In this document: piece after piece, positions 35,145 to 39,325 of the stretch | Position numbering within the stretch: position 1 is the first letter of the stretch | Layout of the letters: every line of letters begins with the position of its first letter | NCBI GenBank assembly: GCA_004296805.1 | Contig: SCVR01000015.1 | Span: 1 to 39,325 of the forward strand | DNA length: 39,325 nucleotides | Reading direction: 5' to 3' | From: Dehalococcoidia bacterium | Lineage (GTDB): Bacteria > Chloroflexota > Dehalococcoidia > UBA2979 | Translations under genes and position numbers: made by a program | Notes under the pieces: generated by a model | What the model was told of the DNA's origin: nothing | Databases searched by the model: none | Seen by the model: the letters and a program-made list of their open reading frames with translations, nothing else

Positions 35145-35188
35145 TCGGAGTATACGCATACCTATGCGCACTTGAGCGTAAACTCCGA
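35145..35188. promoter_or_regulatory. symmetric bidirectional late promoter
   Basis: 13-bp inverted repeat TCGGAGTATACGC...GCGTAAACTCCGA (1 mismatch); TATACT on the minus strand and TAAACT on the plus strand. Confidence 0.75.
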
Positions 35189-35223
35189 AGAGAGCGAGTG
35201 TCCCGGTCAGGAGGTGTCAGGTC

Positions 35224-35655
35224 GTGCCGGCACGTCGAACACCTTCGGTCCTGACCGCCCTCCAGTCCGCGCTGAGAGCGCAGCCGGCCGGCGCCCAGGA
35301 CGCCGCCACCGTCGCGCTGGCCAAGCGGTACGCCCTCGAGCTCGACGACGCCGACGTGATCTCGACCGCCGCAACCAAGGCCCTCCGCCAGCTGGCGAAG
35401 GCCGACGTCGAGGACGACCTGTTCGAGAAGTTCGAGGCCCTCGCCGCTCGAATCGAACAGGTCCACGTGGCCGCGACGATCGGCCCCAAGCTCCTGGCCG
35501 CCCTCGAGCAGCTCGGCCTGACCCCGAAGGCCCGCAACGCCATCCTCGCCACGCCGGGGGGAGGTGGCGGCAATGACGGTGGTCCCTCTCCCCTTGGACA
35601 CCTCCGAGCACTTGGGTCGAACCGAGCCCCGGCTGTGGACTCCTCCGCTTCGTGA
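35224..35655 (+). CDS. terminase small subunit
   Basis: DAATVALAKRYALELD...IGPKLLAALEQLGLTPKAR, typical of actinophage TerS; AGGAGG upstream. Confidence 0.85.
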   Translation: MPARRTPSVLTALQSALRAQPAGAQDAATVALAKRYALELDDADVISTAATKALRQLAKADVEDDLFEKFEALAARIEQVHVAATIGPKLLAALEQLGLTPKARNAILATPGGGGGNDGGPSPLGHLRALGSNRAPAVDSSAS

Positions 35656-37279
35656 GCTGACACCGGACACGTGCCCGTCGTGCGGGTGGTCCACGATGAA
35701 CGACGACGGGGAGTTTCCCGAGTACGGCGACGACGACCAACTCCTCTGCCCCGAGGACGGGGAGCCGCTGACCCCGGCGACGTCGTACGGGTTCGCGGTG
35801 ATCCTGTTCGCCCGGCACGTCCTGAAGCACCCCCTCGACCCGTGGGAGGAGTGGGTCGCGATCCACCTCGGCGAGCTCCTCCCCGACGGCCGGCCCCGCT
35901 TTCGGAAGTACCTGATCCTCGTCGCCCGGCAGAACGGGAAGACCGAGCTCCTGGTGGTGCTGACCCTCTACTGGATGTTCGTCACCCGGGTCGGGGTGGT
36001 GCTCGGCACCTCCACGAAGCTCGACTACGCCGCGGAGTCCTGGCGGAAAGCGTGCAAGCTCGCCCGCCGGATCCCCGAGCTGAACGCCGAGATCCCCAAG
36101 CGTGGCGGGATCCGCAAGGCCAACGGCGAGCAGGTCCTTTGGCGCGCGGACCCCCTCGAGGCCGAGCTCGAGGAGGGGTCGCGGTACAAGATCGCGGCGT
36201 CGAACGAGGAGGGCGGCCGGTCCCTGACGATCGACCGGCTGGTCCTCGACGAGCTGCGGCAGCATCACGACTACTCGGCGTGGGATGCGTCCTATGACGC
36301 GATGTCGGCGGTGCCCGACGCCCAGGCGATCATGATCACGAACGCCGGGTCGGACAAGTCCGTCGTCCTCAACGACACCCGCGACGAGGCCCTCCGGTTC
36401 ATCGACACCGGGGTCGGTGACGAACGGCTCGGCCTGGCCGAATACTCCTCACCGGACGGCGCCTCACCGGTCGACATCGACGCCCTCCTGCAGGCCAACC
36501 CGAACGCCGGCCGCCGGATCCTCGTCGAGGACCTCCTCAACGAGGGCGCCGCCGCGATGCGGATCGGCGGGAAGAAGCTCGCCGGGTTCCGCACCGAGCG
36601 GATGTGCCAGCGGGTCCCCGCCATGGACAACGCGCTAGACCTCGACGCCTGGGAGCGGGAGTTCGACCCGGCCCAGCTCATCCCCCTCGGCGTCCGACAC
36701 CCCTCGATCCGGCCCGGCTGCCTCGACCCCGGCGACCTGTCCGCGGTGCGGTCCCGCGTCACGCTGTGCGTCGAGGTCTCCGAGGACGGCCTCCACGCCA
36801 CGCTGTACGCCGCCGCGCTCCTCGACGACGGCCGCGTCCGCATCGACCCAGTGACGGCCTGGGCGGGCCCCGGCTGCACCAAGGACCTGCAGGCCGACCT
36901 CCCCAGCTGGGTCGCGAAGGTGAAGCCGAGGAAGGTCGGGTGGCTGCCGTCCGGGCCGGCCGCCGCGGTCGCCGCGAGCATCGCGAAGAAGCGCGACAAC
37001 TGGCCACCCCGCGGCGTCGCCCTCGAGGAGATCACCCGCGACACCCCGGCCGTGTGCATGGGGTTCGCCGAGCAGGTCACCACCGGCCAGGTCGCCCACT
37101 CCGGCGACTCCCTCCTCGACGCCCAGGTCGCCACCGCCGAGAAGCAGTTCACCGGGAAGCGGTGGGTCTTCGCCCTCGGCGACGACCACGTCGACGCGGT
37201 CTATGCCGCGGCCGGCGCTGTGCACCTGGCCCGCACTCTCCCGCCCGCCACCCAACCCAGATTGAGGATGATCACGTGA
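35564..37279 (+). CDS. terminase large subunit
   Basis: Walker A VARQNGKT, Walker B LVLDELR, ITNAG, ANPN; may start at ATG35573. Confidence 0.95.
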   Translation: MAAMTVVPLPLDTSEHLGRTEPRLWTPPLRELTPDTCPSCGWSTMNDDGEFPEYGDDDQLLCPEDGEPLTPATSYGFAVILFARHVLKHPLDPWEEWVAIHLGELLPDGRPRFRKYLILVARQNGKTELLVVLTLYWMFVTRVGVVLGTSTKLDYAAESWRKACKLARRIPELNAEIPKRGGIRKANGEQVLWRADPLEAELEEGSRYKIAASNEEGGRSLTIDRLVLDELRQHHDYSAWDASYDAMSAVPDAQAIMITNAGSDKSVVLNDTRDEALRFIDTGVGDERLGLAEYSSPDGASPVDIDALLQANPNAGRRILVEDLLNEGAAAMRIGGKKLAGFRTERMCQRVPAMDNALDLDAWEREFDPAQLIPLGVRHPSIRPGCLDPGDLSAVRSRVTLCVEVSEDGLHATLYAAALLDDGRVRIDPVTAWAGPGCTKDLQADLPSWVAKVKPRKVGWLPSGPAAAVAASIAKKRDNWPPRGVALEEITRDTPAVCMGFAEQVTTGQVAHSGDSLLDAQVATAEKQFTGKRWVFALGDDHVDAVYAAAGAVHLARTLPPATQPRLRMIT

Positions 37280-37440
37280 TCCGTCGTCTCGCCCCCCACA
37301 TGCCGCTGATCCTCGGCATCCTCGGCCTGGCGTTCCTCGTGGCGTCGGTGTGGACGATCGCCCGCTCCGACCTGGGCACCACCCTTGGCCTGGCCGCTAC
37401 CGGTCTCGGCCTCCTCGTCCTCGAATGGAGGGTCACCTGA
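37276..37440 (+). CDS. small 2-TM membrane protein
   Basis: 54 aa between terL and portal with overlapping start/stop codons. Confidence 0.7.
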   Translation: MIRRLAPHMPLILGILGLAFLVASVWTIARSDLGTTLGLAATGLGLLVLEWRVT

Positions 37441-38675
37441 TGGCCAAGTCGATCATCGGAGGCGTCGTCGGCGGCGTCACCCAGAAGGCCCCGTCGGCGT
37501 ACGGCCGCGCGCGGGGGCGCGTGAACCTGCCGTGGGGCGCCGGTCCCAACACCGCCGAGGCGCAGCTGTCCGCGATGGGGTCGGTCGGCACACTCTTCGC
37601 GATCGTGCACCGCACCAGCAACGCCACCAGTCAGGTCGACTGGAAGCTCTGGCGGAAGTCACCGGACCAGCGCCGCAAGTTCGGGCCGGTCGACGACCGC
37701 CGGATCGAGGTCACCAAGCACGCGGCCCTCGACCTGTGGAACAACCCCAACCCGTTCATGACCCGGCAGCACCTGGTCGAGACGGTGCAGCAGCACATCG
37801 ACCTCGTCGGCGAGGGCCCCATCGTGATCTACCGCGACCCGCGGTCGCCGCTGCCGCTGGAGCTGTGGCCGGTCCGGCCGGACCGGATCACCCCGATCCC
37901 CGGCGACGACTTCCTCGCCGGCTACATCTACACCGGCGCCAACGGCGAGCAGGTCCCCCTCAGCGTCGACGACGTCATCCACCTCAAGATGCCGAACCCC
38001 CTCGACCCGTACCGCGGCCTCGGCCCGGTGCAGGCCGCGATGGTCGACCTCGACTCGGCGCGGTTCTCCGCGGAGTGGAACCGCAACTTCTTCATCAACT
38101 CGGCCGAGCCGGGCGGGATCATCGAGGTCCCCGACCGGCTCGACGACGACGCGTTCCGCGAGCTCACCGAACGGTGGCGCGAGCAGCACCAGGGCGTGGC
38201 CCAGGCCCACCGGGTGGCCGTCCTCGAGCAGGGCACCTGGAAGGACCGGTCCATGTCCCAGCGCGACATGCAGTTCGTCCAGCTCCGCGGCCTCGCGCGC
38301 GAGGTCATCCGCGAGGCGTTCGGCATCCACGGCCACATGCTCGGCAACAGCCAGGACGTGAACAAGGCCAACGCCGAGGCCGGCGAGATCTCGTTCGCCC
38401 GCTGGCTGGTCAAGCCCCGCTGCGAGCGCATCAAGCAGGCCCTGAACCACCGGCTCCTGCCGATGTTCGACGCCACCGACCTCGAGTTCGACCACGACCG
38501 GGTCGTCCCCGAGGACCGCGAGGCCGACGACCGCGAGCGGACCTCGCTCGCCGATGCCGCGAAGACCTGGGTCGAGGCCGGGTTCGACCCGGCCGCCGTC
38601 CTCGCGTACCTCGGGATGCCCGATCTGCCGTACGTCGGCCCCCCACAGAAGGCGAGCACAGGAGCCCCCGAGTGA
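37440..38675 (+). CDS. portal protein (HK97 family)
   Basis: PNPFMT, LWPVRPDRI, DVIHLK.PNP...GLGPV, FF.N.A.PGG, DMQF..LR...I..AFGI. Confidence 0.93.
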   Translation: MAKSIIGGVVGGVTQKAPSAYGRARGRVNLPWGAGPNTAEAQLSAMGSVGTLFAIVHRTSNATSQVDWKLWRKSPDQRRKFGPVDDRRIEVTKHAALDLWNNPNPFMTRQHLVETVQQHIDLVGEGPIVIYRDPRSPLPLELWPVRPDRITPIPGDDFLAGYIYTGANGEQVPLSVDDVIHLKMPNPLDPYRGLGPVQAAMVDLDSARFSAEWNRNFFINSAEPGGIIEVPDRLDDDAFRELTERWREQHQGVAQAHRVAVLEQGTWKDRSMSQRDMQFVQLRGLAREVIREAFGIHGHMLGNSQDVNKANAEAGEISFARWLVKPRCERIKQALNHRLLPMFDATDLEFDHDRVVPEDREADDRERTSLADAAKTWVEAGFDPAAVLAYLGMPDLPYVGPPQKASTGAPE

Positions 38676-39085
38676 ACCACACCCAGACCATCGTCACGCT
38701 GATCCTCAGCCTGGCCGCGCTCGGCGGCATCGTCCTCGGCTGGGTCCGCTGGGCCCGGCCCCGCATCCACCGGGCCCAGGCCGAGGCCGTCGCGATCCGC
38801 GACTCCATCATCGGCCGCGACGCGATCCGCGACTCCATCACCGGCCGCGAGATCGCGCCGGCCCTGCCCGGGGTCGGCGTCCGGCTCGAGGCCCAGGAGC
38901 ACCACCTCGGGAAGCTGGCCGAGGCCGTCGCGTCCCTGGCTGAGTCTCACGACCGGCTAGAGGACCACGAGCACCGGATCACGAAGCTCGAGCGGGCCTC
39001 GATCGAGGTCATCGTCTCCCGCGGCGAGGCAGCGTCGGCCTGGCGCGCGCTGCAGGACGAGGGCGACCAGGCCGACCAGGCCTGA
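38672..39085 (+). CDS. single-TM plus coiled-coil membrane protein
   Basis: IVTLILSLAALGGIVLGWV, LPGVGVRL, DHEHRITKLE. Confidence 0.7.
   Translation: MNHTQTIVTLILSLAALGGIVLGWVRWARPRIHRAQAEAVAIRDSIIGRDAIRDSITGREIAPALPGVGVRLEAQEHHLGKLAEAVASLAESHDRLEDHEHRITKLERASIEVIVSRGEAASAWRALQDEGDQADQA
38791..38850. repeat. 30-bp tandem duplication
   Basis: CGCGATCCGCGACTCCATCAYCGGCCGCGA x2 (29/30 identical). Confidence 0.9.
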
Positions 39086-39088
39086 CCC

Positions 39089-39268
39089 TCACCCCTGGCA
39101 GCGTTGCGGCCGGGGGTCGCCCGTGCCGGGGTAGGTCACCAGCTCGGGGCACGGCTCGCGGTGCGGGTTCCCGTTGAGCTTGGTCGCGTGGTGCGACGCG
39201 CACCCGGGCGGGCAGTGGACACAGCACGGCCAGGACAGCACCGCCTCGGTGATCATGGGCTCGGCCAT
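39089..39268 (-). CDS. small Cys/His-rich protein
   Basis: own translation MAEPMITEAVLSWPCCVHCPPGCASHH...CQG (59 aa); GAGGAGGAG RBS. Confidence 0.65.
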   Translation of the reverse strand: MAEPMITEAVLSWPCCVHCPPGCASHHATKLNGNPHREPCPELVTYPGTGDPRPQRCQG

Positions 39269-39317
39269 GGGGGCTCCTCCTCGATTTCATTGCGCCGCGC
39301 TCTCGGGGAGAGAGAGA

Positions 39318-39325
39318 CGCCTGAC
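39318..39325. repeat. right terminal inverted repeat CGCCTGAC
   Basis: reverse complement of 14-21. Confidence 0.7.

Noticed and set aside
35207-38950. Long - strand ORFs (35207-36268, 37928-38950)
   Set aside because: Shadows of terL and portal, which carry clear motifs on +
35205-39087. GGTCAGG/CCTGACC as recombination sites of an actively invertible packaging segment
   Set aside because: Only 7 bp, expected by chance at this GC content, and no invertase recognised

Overview
The window looks like an essentially complete ~39.3 kb genome of a temperate, high-GC actinobacteriophage (siphovirus-type). Bases 1-13 are Illumina adapter, and the remaining ends carry an 8-bp inverted repeat consistent with physical (cos-like) termini. 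From 14.6 kb down to the left end, the minus strand carries an early/replication arm: Cro-like HTH, excisionase, ParB-like protein, two Lsr2-domain proteins, adenine methyltransferase, ASCH, replication initiator, HNH nucleases and many small Cys-rich ORFs. A two-gene island with its own promoter sits in the opposite orientation at 2.2-2.7 kb. The centre holds the repressor, a tyrosine integrase and attP (3' half of tRNA-Arg CCT). A minus-strand late operon runs from 35.1 to 17.3 kb: ClpP-type protease, HK97-type capsid, a GH26-like/Ala-rich accessory block, head-tail genes, two paralogous tail-tube genes, a frameshifted chaperone, a short tape measure, an amidase endolysin and an EEP-fold protein. 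The most unusual feature is that terS-terL-portal is transcribed divergently from protease-capsid, from a near-symmetric bidirectional promoter whose motif recurs once inside the late operon. All product calls come from motif recognition by eye; no database searches were run.
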